Positions 1-9,547 of a DNA stretch of 64,000 nt are shown here, piece by piece. Origin of the DNA: Firmicutes bacterium UBA2598 (GTDB taxonomy: Bacteria; Bacillota; PH28-bin88); NCBI GenBank assembly GCA_002339345.1, contig DDKM01000069.1, forward strand, positions 21,973 through 85,972, written 5' to 3'. Each line of letters starts with the position of its first letter. Position 1 is the stretch's first letter. The notes below the pieces were generated by a model. The model had not been told where the DNA came from. It did not search any database and saw only the letters and a list, made by a program, of their open reading frames with translations. A program made the position numbers and the translations under genes.

Positions 1-3000
1 CTGGGGATCCACCACTTCCAGGCTGGGTCGCTCACCCGGCATAATGTCTTCATTGGTCACTTCCACCGCTCCAAAGAATACCCGGGCCCCTTCCCAGAAG
101 TCATCGCCGGTAATGGTGATATAGGTGCCACCTTCCTTGGGACCCCGGCTGGGGTAGATGTTTTTGATCACCGGCTTGGTCAGGGCTTCGTAATAGGTGA
201 AGGCACCGGCCAGCACACCGGCTCCCCCGTCCCTGTTGATGACGGTAACATCATGGATACCGGGTGGATTGGCGGGAAACACCGCTCTGATTTCAGTTTT
301 GCTAATAGCCTTGACGTTGGCAGCCCGGACCCAGCCCACCCAGACGGTAGGATTGGGGGCAAAGTTCTGCCCGGTAATGACAACCTCCACGTTACCGGTG
401 GTGGGGCCGAAATCCGGGACCACCGCCTGTACCAGGGGTAGGACGTCCACCGTAATGAAACTGAACCCGCCAGGCAGGGTAAAGGTACCTCCATCGGCGT
501 TTCTAATCCTGATGTTGACATTGGCCCGGGGTTCCAGCAGGGCGGGCAAACGTACCCGCAAGGTCTTGTTATCCACGAAAAATACCTGGGGAGCGGGTAT
601 TTCCCCCCAGACATCATTGCCCTCATCGTCCTTCCCCAGGTATACGTCACCAAAGAATACCTGGGCGCCCGGGTAGAACTGCTCACCGGTCAGGGTGATG
701 ATGCCCCCGCCCTGGTAGGCTCCCCTGCTGGGCTCCACACCGGTAATGCGTGGTGCGCTGTAATAGAAGAAATACCTGGGTGAGACCGGGTTGGGGTCCC
801 ACCAGGTATAGGACTGGCCGTCCGGGTTGGTTACGGTAACCCCGTGCTGGCCAGGGTCCCCTGGCGGAGTAATCAGCTCAATTGTTTCCACATCCCGCAC
901 CACCACCCTGGCGGAATCGGCCAGGTAGTTACCTATCCGCACCATAGCACCGGTGGCAAAGTTGGTACCCTTGATAGTGACAGCCGTCCCGCCCGTTACC
1001 GGACCCTCGGCGGGAGTGACGGTGAAGATGATGGGAGCATTGAAAGCCGGCGGGTGGTAGTAAAACCCGTTGGGCAAGATATACTCACCATAGGCGTTAC
1101 GCACCCGCACGTTTTTCCAGCCCACGGTGTTGGGCGGGGTACGGACGGTGATGCGCTCACCGTCCCCGTCGGGTTCCACCCGCCTTGGACCATCAAAAAG
1201 GGCGTTTTCCCAGAATACATTGCCCTGGGCATCGACATAACCAAAGGACACTTCCAGGCCGCCCACATCGGTGCTGAAGTTAGCTCCCCGGATAACCACC
1301 CGGGTACCCCCGGATACTGGACCGAAGGCCGGTGTAATGGAATCAACCCGCAAGGCACTACCACGGTACGTATAGGCCTTGCGTAAGCGGGCGGTGGCGC
1401 CATCCGGGTTTTCCACCGTCACATCACGTACACCAGGGGTTAGGGCCACAGGCACCCTGGCATAGACGTGTTGAGAATCCAGCACCACCACATCGGTGGC
1501 ATACTCCAGCCCGATGAGCACCCGGAATTCTTGCCCCGGGCCGGGACTGCGGAAATCCTGCCCTGTGATAATAATAGGGGTTTTTTCACCCAGCGGGCCC
1601 TCGGGATTACCCAGTTGATCCGGGTCATCCGGCCGCCACTCCACGAGGGGAACCAGCAAGCGGTTGACGGCAAAAACCTTGGGCCGGCTTTCCGGCACCT
1701 TGTAGGTGAACCCATTTCTTTTAACCACCTCGAATACATCCACCTCGGCGAGGTCGGGATTTTCCGGGTCCCGGTAGATGTACAGGGTGAGGATGACATC
1801 CTGCTGACCCAAGCTGCCGCCCGGGGTCAGGGCCCGCAGCGCCCGCGGCGGAATATCGTCATCGGGGTTTTCATCATATACCTTCAGCTCACCGGCAGGA
1901 ATGCCACCGATGGTCAGGGAGGTGCGGGACCAGTCAATGTTACCGTAACCGGGCGGGCTGCCGAAGTTGGGCGGGTTGGTCAGCACCACCGTGACCATGG
2001 TGCCCCCCTCCAGGCTGCCCTCATTGGGTGTGATGCTGTCAATGATGATTTCCCTTTCCGGCATGTGGTAGGTAAAGTCCACCTTGTTGGACTGCCGGCC
2101 GTCAGGGTTTTGCACCAGCACGTCCTTTCGCCCGGCGGTGTTACCAGGGGTCAACAGTTCAATGGTGTTGGTGGTCACCCGCAGGACGGTAGCCTGGAAA
2201 CTGCCGAAATAGACCTTGGGCAGCACCGGACCCTGGGGGCTTACCCCCACCCGGAAATCGCTCCCGATAATGGTCATGGGTTCACCACCCAGGGTAAGGC
2301 CGGTATTCTTTGGCTCGCCAAGGGGGCCCAGCAAATCGGTGATTTGGGGCGAACTCAAGGCGGTGGAATAGGTGAATCCCTCCGCCACCCGCACCTTTTT
2401 CTGTGTTTCCTGTCCACCGTCCATGATCACCGCTTCCACCGAAACGGTGCCAGTCAATCCAGACGGGGCAGCCACCTTTAACAGGGTATCCTTGCGAAAG
2501 ACGCCTGGCTCCAGTTCCTTTAAGGGCACCTCGATGCCGCCGATACGCACCTTGATGCCGGTTCCGAGGGAGAAGTTGGTGCCAGTAATTTCAATTTCCT
2601 GGCCGGCCATGCCGAAGTTGGGGGTAATGGTGGTAATGACCGGCCCCTCCAGGTATTCGAAACCTGCCGTAGCCAGGTCCCAGGTGTTGTCCGGGTTTAA
2701 GACCAACACATCCTTTTTGCCCACTTCGTTGCCCGCAGGCACCTCCACCGTCAACCGGCCGTCATTGTCACCGGCATCGGGCAGGTAATCCACCACCTTG
2801 GCAGTCTTGCCGCTAATCTTCACCACTGCCTGCTGCTGGAAATTATTACCGGTAATATCGATGAGGTAGCCGCCGCCGATGCCCCCGGTATTGGGAGTAA
2901 TGGTCTTAATGACTGGCACCGCCGCCACAGCTTCTCTGATCGGAGGTAAAAAGGGCACAGTAGTCACTAGAAAAACCAGGATCAGGATCAGCGCCACCGG

Positions 3001-3021
3001 GCGGCGGTGTCTTTTCAGCAT
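1..3021 (-). CDS. Large secreted/cell-surface protein with at least 10 tandem IPT/TIG-like domains (C-terminus lies beyond the window)
   Basis: Not in the ORF track because it runs off the window. The reverse-complement translation from ATG at 3019-3021 (GGAGGG RBS 7 nt upstream) stays open for 1007 codons down to position 1. The N-terminus MLKRHRRPVALILILVFLVTTVPFL looks like a signal/anchor. It is followed by repeated ~90-aa modules of the form xITxIxPNxGxxxGGTxVTIxGxNF ... FTY, which is typical of IPT/TIG. Confidence 0.85.
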   Translation of the reverse strand, partial: MLKRHRRPVALILILVFLVTTVPFLPPIREAVAAVPVIKTITPNTGGIGGGYLIDITGNNFQQQAVVKISGKTAKVVDYLPDAGDNDGRLTVEVPAGNEVGKKDVLVLNPDNTWDLATAGFEYLEGPVITTITPNFGMAGQEIEITGTNFSLGTGIKVRIGGIEVPLKELEPGVFRKDTLLKVAAPSGLTGTVSVEAVIMDGGQETQKKVRVAEGFTYSTALSSPQITDLLGPLGEPKNTGLTLGGEPMTIIGSDFRVGVSPQGPVLPKVYFGSFQATVLRVTTNTIELLTPGNTAGRKDVLVQNPDGRQSNKVDFTYHMPEREIIIDSITPNEGSLEGGTMVTVVLTNPPNFGSPPGYGNIDWSRTSLTIGGIPAGELKVYDENPDDDIPPRALRALTPGGSLGQQDVILTLYIYRDPENPDLAEVDVFEVVKRNGFTYKVPESRPKVFAVNRLLVPLVEWRPDDPDQLGNPEGPLGEKTPIIITGQDFRSPGPGQEFRVLIGLEYATDVVVLDSQHVYARVPVALTPGVRDVTVENPDGATARLRKAYTYRGSALRVDSITPAFGPVSGGTRVVIRGANFSTDVGGLEVSFGYVDAQGNVFWENALFDGPRRVEPDGDGERITVRTPPNTVGWKNVRVRNAYGEYILPNGFYYHPPAFNAPIIFTVTPAEGPVTGGTAVTIKGTNFATGAMVRIGNYLADSARVVVRDVETIELITPPGDPGQHGVTVTNPDGQSYTWWDPNPVSPRYFFYYSAPRITGVEPSRGAYQGGGIITLTGEQFYPGAQVFFGDVYLGKDDEGNDVWGEIPAPQVFFVDNKTLRVRLPALLEPRANVNIRIRNADGGTFTLPGGFSFITVDVLPLVQAVVPDFGPTTGNVEVVITGQNFAPNPTVWVGWVRAANVKAISKTEIRAVFPANPPGIHDVTVINRDGGAGVLAGAFTYYEALTKPVIKNIYPSRGPKEGGTYITITGDDFWEGARVFFGAVEVTNEDIMPGERPSLEVVDPQ

Positions 3022-3037
3022 CACATTTCCCTCCACA

Positions 3038-3075
3038 CAAAAACAATACCAAAACTACTACCCAGGGGTAGTAGT
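3038..3075 (-). terminator. Intrinsic terminator after flgL, directly abutting the RBS of the IPT/TIG gene
   Basis: On the minus strand, a perfect 10-bp inverted repeat ACTACTACCC/GGGTAGTAGT (tight loop) is followed by TTTGGTATTGTTTTTG. Confidence 0.6.
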
Positions 3076-3166
3076 CGGAATCCGCATAGCGATGAAACTC
3101 TATGGATAGTCCAGGGCAAAGGTGGTTGATGAATTAATCCAAATTGATTGCCAGTTCAGTGCGCGC

Positions 3167-4063
3167 TTAGCGCAGGAAGTCAATCAGGCTGGGTTGGATG
3201 ATCCTCGCCCCTGTGGCCAGGGCTGCCTGGTAAGCATATTCCTGGTTCTTAAATAGCATCACAGCCTTGGGAAGGTCCACGTCCTCCATTTTGGACAGGA
3301 TGTCCACTGCCAGCACCTCCGCCTGGGATACCCGGTCCAGGGCCAGGCGCAGGCGGTTACTCTTGGCACCCAGGGTGGCCCGGTGATTCAGGATATGGTC
3401 ACCGTACTGGTCGAGTTTTTGCAGCAGATCGCCGGACAACTGGGCGGTGTTGCCGCTCTCCAGAGCCGCCTTCAGCTCAAACAATACCTGGAATACTGCA
3501 CTCTGGCCGCCTGCCACGGCAAATACCGAGGCCCCATCGGCATTGACAGCCACGGTAACTCCGGGGGCCACCTCCCAATTCATGGCCTGTTCATTGCCAC
3601 GGTACTCCACCATATCTCCCACCCGCTTGAAGGGAGGTTCGGTGGTATGGCTGCCACCGAACACATACCTGCCACCGAAGGCGGTATTGCCCACTTGGAC
3701 CAGTTCGTCAATGAGCTGGTTCACTTCCATGGCCAGGGCATTGCGGGAATCTTGGGGGATGGTACCGGATCCGCCGTACACCGCCAGTTCCCTGGCCCGC
3801 TGCAGAACGGTGGTAGCACCGCTCAAGGCATCCTCGGAGGTGTCGATCCAGCCGATGCCGTCCTCCATGTTCCGTACATGCTGGGCCTGTTCGGCTAATA
3901 CCGATTTGAAGGAAAGGATCTGGGCCATGCCGATGGGATCGTCAGAAGGACGGCGCACCAGCCGGCCGGAGGACATCTGATCCTGCATTTTGTTCATCCG
4001 CTGTAGGTTCCGGTTCAGGTTGGTCAAAATGGTATCACTGAGCATGCGGTTGGTAACTCTCAC
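3167..4063 (-). CDS. flgL: Flagellar hook-associated protein 3 (FlgL)
   Basis: 298 aa with a GTG start and GGGAGGG RBS. The N-terminus MRVTNRMLSDTILTNLNRNLQRMNKMQDQMSSG and the flagellin-like N/C termini are typical of FlgL. It lies immediately downstream of flgK. Confidence 0.9.
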   Translation of the reverse strand: MRVTNRMLSDTILTNLNRNLQRMNKMQDQMSSGRLVRRPSDDPIGMAQILSFKSVLAEQAQHVRNMEDGIGWIDTSEDALSGATTVLQRARELAVYGGSGTIPQDSRNALAMEVNQLIDELVQVGNTAFGGRYVFGGSHTTEPPFKRVGDMVEYRGNEQAMNWEVAPGVTVAVNADGASVFAVAGGQSAVFQVLFELKAALESGNTAQLSGDLLQKLDQYGDHILNHRATLGAKSNRLRLALDRVSQAEVLAVDILSKMEDVDLPKAVMLFKNQEYAYQAALATGARIIQPSLIDFLR

Positions 4064-4075
4064 CCTTAGCCCTCC

Positions 4076-5569
4076 CTACCGCTTGAGCTGTGTCACGATG
4101 ACTTCCAGCATTTCATCAACCACGGCAATCACCCGGGCGGAAGCCTGGTAGGCCCGCTGGTAAAGCACCATGTTGGCCATCTCTTCATCCAGGGACACAC
4201 CGGATACCATTTCCTTCCGCTGTTCCAGCTGGGCCAGCAGGGCGGCCTGGTTGTCCGCCATGCGGGTGGACTCATTGGTAGCCACACCCAGCCGGGCGAT
4301 AAAATCCTTGTAGAAATTATCAAAGGTGGTGCCGCCAACCCCTGGACCAGCCAGCTCCAAGGTGCTGCCATCGGCGGAAACCCTTAGCCTTGTGGATTTT
4401 AAAGCTACGATGTTCAGGGCATTAGCCCCATCGCCCGCCGCACCGGTAGTGCTGGCGGCGATTTTGCGCACATTCCCTCTGATCTCCGGGGCGACCTCCA
4501 TGTCCGCCGCCCCGGTGCCGGTGAAAAAATAATGTCCGGAGTTGCCATCCAGATCAATGCCATCCTGGTGTACCTGGTTTACCAAATCAATCAGGCCCCT
4601 GGCCAGCACGTCCAGGTCCTTCATATAGGATGTGACCAGATCCCTGGCGGTTGCCAAACCCTTCATGGCGCCGTTGGTCACATTCAGCTGGGGCGGCGGA
4701 TCGGGCGGCTCACCGGAGACCAGTTTCTGCCAGTGAATAATCCCGTCTGGCTGCAAGGCCAGTACCGCTGGTTCCCGCCAGTACACCAAGTCGCGGGGGC
4801 CGGTGCTGCCCTGTTCCGTCGCGGAAAGGATCACCCGGATAGCCCCGGTCTCCCTCCCTGTTTGGGGATCCAGGATTTCCTCGGTAGTAAAAGGAATGAT
4901 TCTGGCCAGCTCATCCAGTAACTTGTCCCGCTGATCCTTCAGGTCATTGGGCTGGTGCCCCGACTGTTGGATATTGGCAATCTGGGTATTTAAATCCGCT
5001 ACCTGCCGGGCGATGGAATTAACCTGTATCACCCGGATTTCGGCGGTGCGTAAAAGGTCGCTGTGGACAGTATTGAGCTGGGCATAGGTATGGCGGATGG
5101 CTTCCGCTAAAGCGATGCTGGTCTCCCGTACGGTAGTGCGTACGGGAGAGCTTTCCGCGTTTTTGCTGAGTTCCTGCCAGCTGTTCCAGAACTGGGACAG
5201 AATGGTGTTCAGGCCGCTCTCCGAGGGCTCCATGAAAATAACTTCCACCTGCTGGAGGGCATCCCGGCGCACCTCCCATTGGCCCAAGGAGGCGCTTTCC
5301 GCGCGAATCTGGGTATCCAAAAAGGCGTCCCGGATGCGCCTGATCATCAGTATATCAACCCCGGTCCCCACCTGGCCGGGACCGGCCTCCCTATTCATCC
5401 CAGGCATGGGAAAGGGAGTGCTTGCCGCCATGACCGTCTGTTGGCGGGTAAAACCGGGAGTGCTGGCATTGGCGATATTATGGGCGGTGGTTTGCAGGGC
5501 CTTTTGCTGGGCCTGCATACCGCGCAAAGCGCTGTTAATGGTGGAAAACTGCCCGGGCATGGACAACAC
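4076..5569 (-). CDS. flgK: Flagellar hook-associated protein 1 (FlgK)
   Basis: 497 aa. It contains FSTINSALRGMQAQQKALQTTAHNIANASTPGFTRQ (flagellar basal-body rod / FlgK N-terminal motif) and a C-terminal LYQRAYQASARV. The true start may be the ATG at 5560. Confidence 0.9.
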   Translation of the reverse strand: MLSMPGQFSTINSALRGMQAQQKALQTTAHNIANASTPGFTRQQTVMAASTPFPMPGMNREAGPGQVGTGVDILMIRRIRDAFLDTQIRAESASLGQWEVRRDALQQVEVIFMEPSESGLNTILSQFWNSWQELSKNAESSPVRTTVRETSIALAEAIRHTYAQLNTVHSDLLRTAEIRVIQVNSIARQVADLNTQIANIQQSGHQPNDLKDQRDKLLDELARIIPFTTEEILDPQTGRETGAIRVILSATEQGSTGPRDLVYWREPAVLALQPDGIIHWQKLVSGEPPDPPPQLNVTNGAMKGLATARDLVTSYMKDLDVLARGLIDLVNQVHQDGIDLDGNSGHYFFTGTGAADMEVAPEIRGNVRKIAASTTGAAGDGANALNIVALKSTRLRVSADGSTLELAGPGVGGTTFDNFYKDFIARLGVATNESTRMADNQAALLAQLEQRKEMVSGVSLDEEMANMVLYQRAYQASARVIAVVDEMLEVIVTQLKR

Positions 5570-5574
5570 ATCCT

Positions 5575-6066
5575 CTACACCATTTTATCGATCAGGGCAG
5601 GCTTGGCACCTTCCACCTGCCCGGTGGAGGTGTACGTCAACCCCTCTGGCCCGGTCATGGCCTTGAGCAACCGGTTAACATATCCCAGGGACTGTCGGAT
5701 AAGCAGCCGGTTCACCTCGTGCAGGTCCTGCAGCCGGGCGTAATTCTCCTGCAGCTCTTGGGAAATTCTTTCCAAATCCGCCTTGTTGGCACCAGCGTAG
5801 GGCAGTACCTGCCGCAGGGTAATGCCGGGATCCATGTTCAGTTCACCGGCTAGCCGCTGCTGGACGGATACCCGATCCGCCTCCAAGGCTGCCAATTGCT
5901 GGCCGGCATCCTCCTGCAGCCTGGTGATGGCCACCAGGCGTTCCATGTCATTATTTTTGAGGGCGTCCAGTTCCTCCCGACCAAATTGAATCAACTGGAT
6001 AATTAACTGGTTTTGCCGGGACAACAAATCTGTCAGTGCGGCAAACAGCCCTTCCCCGGTCATCAC
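5575..6066 (-). CDS. flgN: FlgN-like flagellar export chaperone
   Basis: 163 aa, helical and Q/L-rich. It sits between flgM and flgK, and its start overlaps the flgM stop (ATGATGA). The call rests on synteny and composition. Confidence 0.7.
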   Translation of the reverse strand: MMTGEGLFAALTDLLSRQNQLIIQLIQFGREELDALKNNDMERLVAITRLQEDAGQQLAALEADRVSVQQRLAGELNMDPGITLRQVLPYAGANKADLERISQELQENYARLQDLHEVNRLLIRQSLGYVNRLLKAMTGPEGLTYTSTGQVEGAKPALIDKMV

Positions 6067-6353
6067 CCGTTCTCCCCCCGCGGCGACGACATTTCCGCCA
6101 ACAACTTACGGGCCAATTCCCGGGCCGGTATTTCATAGGTGCCTTCCGCCAAACGCTGCCGTATTTCCGCCACCCTGTCCTCCCGGACCAGAGGGTCTGC
6201 CGCCTGGCTTGCCAGTTCCTTTAAAGCCCGGGCTTTTGGCGAAAGCTCCAGTTTATCACCGGCCTCCCTTTGCTTGTCTTCCAAAACCTTGCTAGCCCTT
6301 TGATATGACCCGCAGGCAACCGGCGGGATACCCCCGCGGCCGCTGATTTTCAT
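6063..6353 (-). CDS. flgM: Anti-sigma-28 factor FlgM
   Basis: The C-terminal VREDRVAEIRQRLAEGTYEIPARELARKLL matches the FlgM family. The ORF is open up to 6437, but I prefer the internal ATG at 6353 (MKISGRG...) because the longer form overlaps cheB. Confidence 0.75.
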   Translation of the reverse strand: MKISGRGGIPPVACGSYQRASKVLEDKQREAGDKLELSPKARALKELASQAADPLVREDRVAEIRQRLAEGTYEIPARELARKLLAEMSSPRGENG

Positions 6354-6420
6354 CCCCAACACCACCCGTTTGTACTGTACAATTTCTTTATCGGCACGGG
6401 AGATACCGGACTTTAGCCCT

Positions 6421-7497
6421 TTAACCCAAAGCGGCAACTATTTCCGCCGCCATTTGCGGCAGCGGAACCACCTTATCAGCCAGCCCGGCCTCCACCACCG
6501 CCTTGGGCATACCGTAGACAACGCATGTACTTTCCGCCTCCGCCAGGGACCGGCCACCCTTTTCCTTGATGGCCCTGATGCCCCGCAGGCCGTCATTACC
6601 CATCCCGGTCAGGATCACTCCCAGGGCACTGGCACCATAGATTTTGGCGACGGATAACAGCATTACATCCACCGAGGGCTTGAATAGGGTATCCACCGGT
6701 GAGTTGTAGTCCAGTACAACCCTCACTTCACCCGCCCGCTCCTCCAGGTGAAGCTGCTGGCCGGCCGGGGCCACCAAAGCGGTCCCAGGTTTGACCACAT
6801 CACCCGCCTCTGCCTCCTTGACGGAAATTTTACTCTTGTCGTTCAGGCGCTGGGCGAGGGGCCGGGTGAAACCCGGCGGCATGTGTTGTACAATTAGAAT
6901 TCCCACCGGCAGGTTATCAGGAAGGGCTGTTACCACCGTGTGGAGGGCGGACGGCCCACCGGTGGAGGTGCCGAGGCCCACTACCTGCAGCCTGTTCCCC
7001 GCCCGGCCGGCCACAGCTGCCATTGGTCTGGGGGACGCGGCAATTTGCCCACCTGCGGGGGGTAGGTGGGCTGTTTGTAACCGGCATACTTTACTTACCT
7101 GGACACCAGCCACCGCCTTCACTTTGGCCGGCAAATCATCCGCCAACAGGCCCAGGTCAGCCTGGCGGGCCGGTTTGGCCACAAAATCAACCGCCCCCAG
7201 TTCCAGGGCTCTGATGGTGGCTTCCGCTCCTTCGGTGGTGAGGGCACTGACCATCACCACCGGCAAGGGATATGTGCAAATAATCCGTTCAAGGGTCTCC
7301 AGGCCGTTTAGGCCCGGCATTTCGACATCAAGGGTAACTACCTGGGGCCTTAACAAGGGAATTTTTTCCAAAGCTTCTGCGCCGCTGCGGGCAAACCCCA
7401 CCACCTGAATCTCCGGATCCCGCTCCAGCATACTGGTGAGCACCCGGCGCATAAAAGCGGAATCATCCACCACCAGCACCCTAACTGGCCTGTTCAT
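6421..7497 (-). CDS. cheB: Chemotaxis protein-glutamate methylesterase CheB (receiver + methylesterase domains)
   Basis: 358 aa. The N-terminal receiver is VRVLVVDDSAFMRRVL...DVEMPGLNGLE. The C-terminal CheB esterase domain contains GTSTGGP...HMP...GMGNDG. Confidence 0.93.
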   Translation of the reverse strand: MNRPVRVLVVDDSAFMRRVLTSMLERDPEIQVVGFARSGAEALEKIPLLRPQVVTLDVEMPGLNGLETLERIICTYPLPVVMVSALTTEGAEATIRALELGAVDFVAKPARQADLGLLADDLPAKVKAVAGVQVSKVCRLQTAHLPPAGGQIAASPRPMAAVAGRAGNRLQVVGLGTSTGGPSALHTVVTALPDNLPVGILIVQHMPPGFTRPLAQRLNDKSKISVKEAEAGDVVKPGTALVAPAGQQLHLEERAGEVRVVLDYNSPVDTLFKPSVDVMLLSVAKIYGASALGVILTGMGNDGLRGIRAIKEKGGRSLAEAESTCVVYGMPKAVVEAGLADKVVPLPQMAAEIVAALG

Positions 7498-9547
7498 ATC
7501 GTTTATCCACCCCGGCCTGGCTCACCAGACCACGCACATCCAGGATCAGGGCAACCTTACCATCCCCCATAATAGTGGCGCCAGCCAAGCCCGGCACCTG
7601 CCCAATATAATCGCCAAGGGATTTAATCACGATTTCCTGTTCACCAATCAGTTCATCCACAATAAAACCCACCCGCCGGTCGGAAAGGCCAACCACCACC
7701 ACCGGGTACCTTTCCCGTCTACTGGCCGCGGAGGACATACCCAGCACTGTATCCAGATGGAACAGCGGCATCACTTCACCCCTAACCAGTACCACTTCCC
7801 GCTTCTGCATGTATTGGACGTCCGCCCGGGTCACACTGATAATTTCCATCACATTGCCCAGCGGGAAGGCGAAAAACTGTTTATTGAGTTCCACCAGCAG
7901 GGACCGGCTGATGGCCAGGGTCAGGGGAAGTTTGATGGTAAAACGGGTACCACGGCCCAGGCGGGTATCAATTTCAATCATACCGTTGATGCGTTCCAAA
8001 TGGGAGCGTACGATATCCATTCCCACCCCCCGGCCGGAAACATCGCTGACGGACTGGGCAGTGGAGAAGCCGGGCAGGAAAATCAGGTTCAGGGCTTCCC
8101 TGTCGTTCAGCCTGGCCGCCCCTTCGCCGGTGATTAACCCCTTTTCCACCGCCCTTTGCCGCAACTTGGCGGCATCGATCCCCCGGCCGTCATCCTCAAT
8201 GGTGATGACAATCTGGTTTTCCTGGTGAAATGCCTTCAGGCGCACCGTCCCATACCGGGGTTTGCCGGCCGCCAGGCGTTCTGCCGGCTCCTCGATGCCG
8301 TGGTCGATGGCATTGCGCAACAAATGAATGAGGGGATCGCCGATCTCCTCGATGACGGTACGATCAAGCTCCGTTTCCCGGCCCTCAACCAAAAATTCGA
8401 TTTCCTTCCCGGCCTTCTGGGCCAGGTCCCTGACCATCCGGGGGAAACGGTTGAAGACCTGTTCGATGGGAAACATGCGGGCTTTCATGATCTCTTCCTG
8501 CAGGTCACCGGTAATGCGGCCGATATGTACAGAAACCTCTTCCAGGGTATCCACCAGTTCTTCCGAACCCAGCCTATTCTTGAGGTGCGAGCCTACCTGG
8601 GCCAGCCGGCCCCTGTCAATAACCAGTTCACCCACCAGGTTCATCAGGTTCTCCAATCGCTGGACATCCACCCGTACCGTTTGGCTGAGTTTACGCTGAG
8701 TCCTTTCCATGGGCTTTAACTCGGCCATGTCTTCTCCGCCGGTGAACCCCCTCGTATTCACAACCTGCGGCTCTCGGGGACCGAGGGTTACCTGTTGGAC
8801 ATGCACCCCGGCAATTTCGGAAACGGAGTTGATAATATTGGAAATGGTGTCCCCGTCCTCCCGGGTGATGATCACCATTTGAAAGGTATCACCAAATTTT
8901 TCCCCTTCGATTTCCTCGGTGGTGGGAATGGTTTTAATTACTTCACAGGCATTCTTCAGGTTGTTGAAGACGATATAAGCCCTGGCCGCCTTCATCAGGC
9001 ATCCCTGTTCCAGGGTTACCGCCACATGATAGACCTGATACCCCTTTTCCTCCGCCGCCATGATTACATTACGTTCGATGTCATCCAGCGGGGGGATGGG
9101 CAATGCCAATGGCTCTGGAGTTTCCACAGTTGCTGCAATCTCCGCGTCCGCTGGGATTCCACCGCCGGCCACCAACTTCAGCCGTGCCACAACACCCTCC
9201 ACATCCAGGGCCCTTTCCTCGCCACTCAAAATATCTGCCTTAATAGCCTGCAGCATATCCAGACAGGCCAGCAACAGGTCCACAATGGAGCTGGTCACAG
9301 CCAATTCCCGCTTGCGAATTTTATCCAGCACATTTTCCATTTCATGGGTCAGGGTAGCCATCCGCTCAAAGCCCATGGAAGCGGAGGATCCTTTTAAGGT
9401 ATGGGCGGCACGAAAGATCCGGTTGACCAGGCCCATGTCCTGGCGGTCCTGTTCCAACATGATAATGGCCTGGTCCATTTCCTGTAGTTGCTCAGAGACT
9501 TCATCCAGGAAAATACTGAGGTACTGGGACATGTCAAAACCGCTCAT
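7481..9547 (-). CDS. cheA: Chemotaxis histidine kinase CheA
   Basis: 688 aa. It has an Hpt H-box (FRAAHTLKGSSASMG), HATPase N/G boxes (HLLRNAIDHG, DDGRGID, GRGVGMD) and a C-terminal CheW-like domain. The start overlaps the cheW stop (ATGA). Confidence 0.95.
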   Translation of the reverse strand: MSGFDMSQYLSIFLDEVSEQLQEMDQAIIMLEQDRQDMGLVNRIFRAAHTLKGSSASMGFERMATLTHEMENVLDKIRKRELAVTSSIVDLLLACLDMLQAIKADILSGEERALDVEGVVARLKLVAGGGIPADAEIAATVETPEPLALPIPPLDDIERNVIMAAEEKGYQVYHVAVTLEQGCLMKAARAYIVFNNLKNACEVIKTIPTTEEIEGEKFGDTFQMVIITREDGDTISNIINSVSEIAGVHVQQVTLGPREPQVVNTRGFTGGEDMAELKPMERTQRKLSQTVRVDVQRLENLMNLVGELVIDRGRLAQVGSHLKNRLGSEELVDTLEEVSVHIGRITGDLQEEIMKARMFPIEQVFNRFPRMVRDLAQKAGKEIEFLVEGRETELDRTVIEEIGDPLIHLLRNAIDHGIEEPAERLAAGKPRYGTVRLKAFHQENQIVITIEDDGRGIDAAKLRQRAVEKGLITGEGAARLNDREALNLIFLPGFSTAQSVSDVSGRGVGMDIVRSHLERINGMIEIDTRLGRGTRFTIKLPLTLAISRSLLVELNKQFFAFPLGNVMEIISVTRADVQYMQKREVVLVRGEVMPLFHLDTVLGMSSAASRRERYPVVVVGLSDRRVGFIVDELIGEQEIVIKSLGDYIGQVPGLAGATIMGDGKVALILDVRGLVSQAGVDKRYEQAS

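Noticed and set aside
180-3109. Track ORFs on both strands within 180-3109, for example 1468..2481 (+) at 337 aa and 2372..2788 (+) at 138 aa
   Set aside because: They are shadows of the long minus-strand IPT/TIG ORF. Their compositions are biased (His/Gly/Pro/Arg-rich), they have no RBS and no recognisable motifs, and they all overlap one continuous 1007-codon frame that does have clear domain repeats.
3076-3166. Sigma-D (sigma-28) or sigma-A promoter for the IPT/TIG gene in the flgL-IPT gap
   Set aside because: The best candidates (for example TTCA...CCGACTAC) match TAAA-N15-GCCGATAT poorly. I found no convincing -35/-10 pair, so none is reported.
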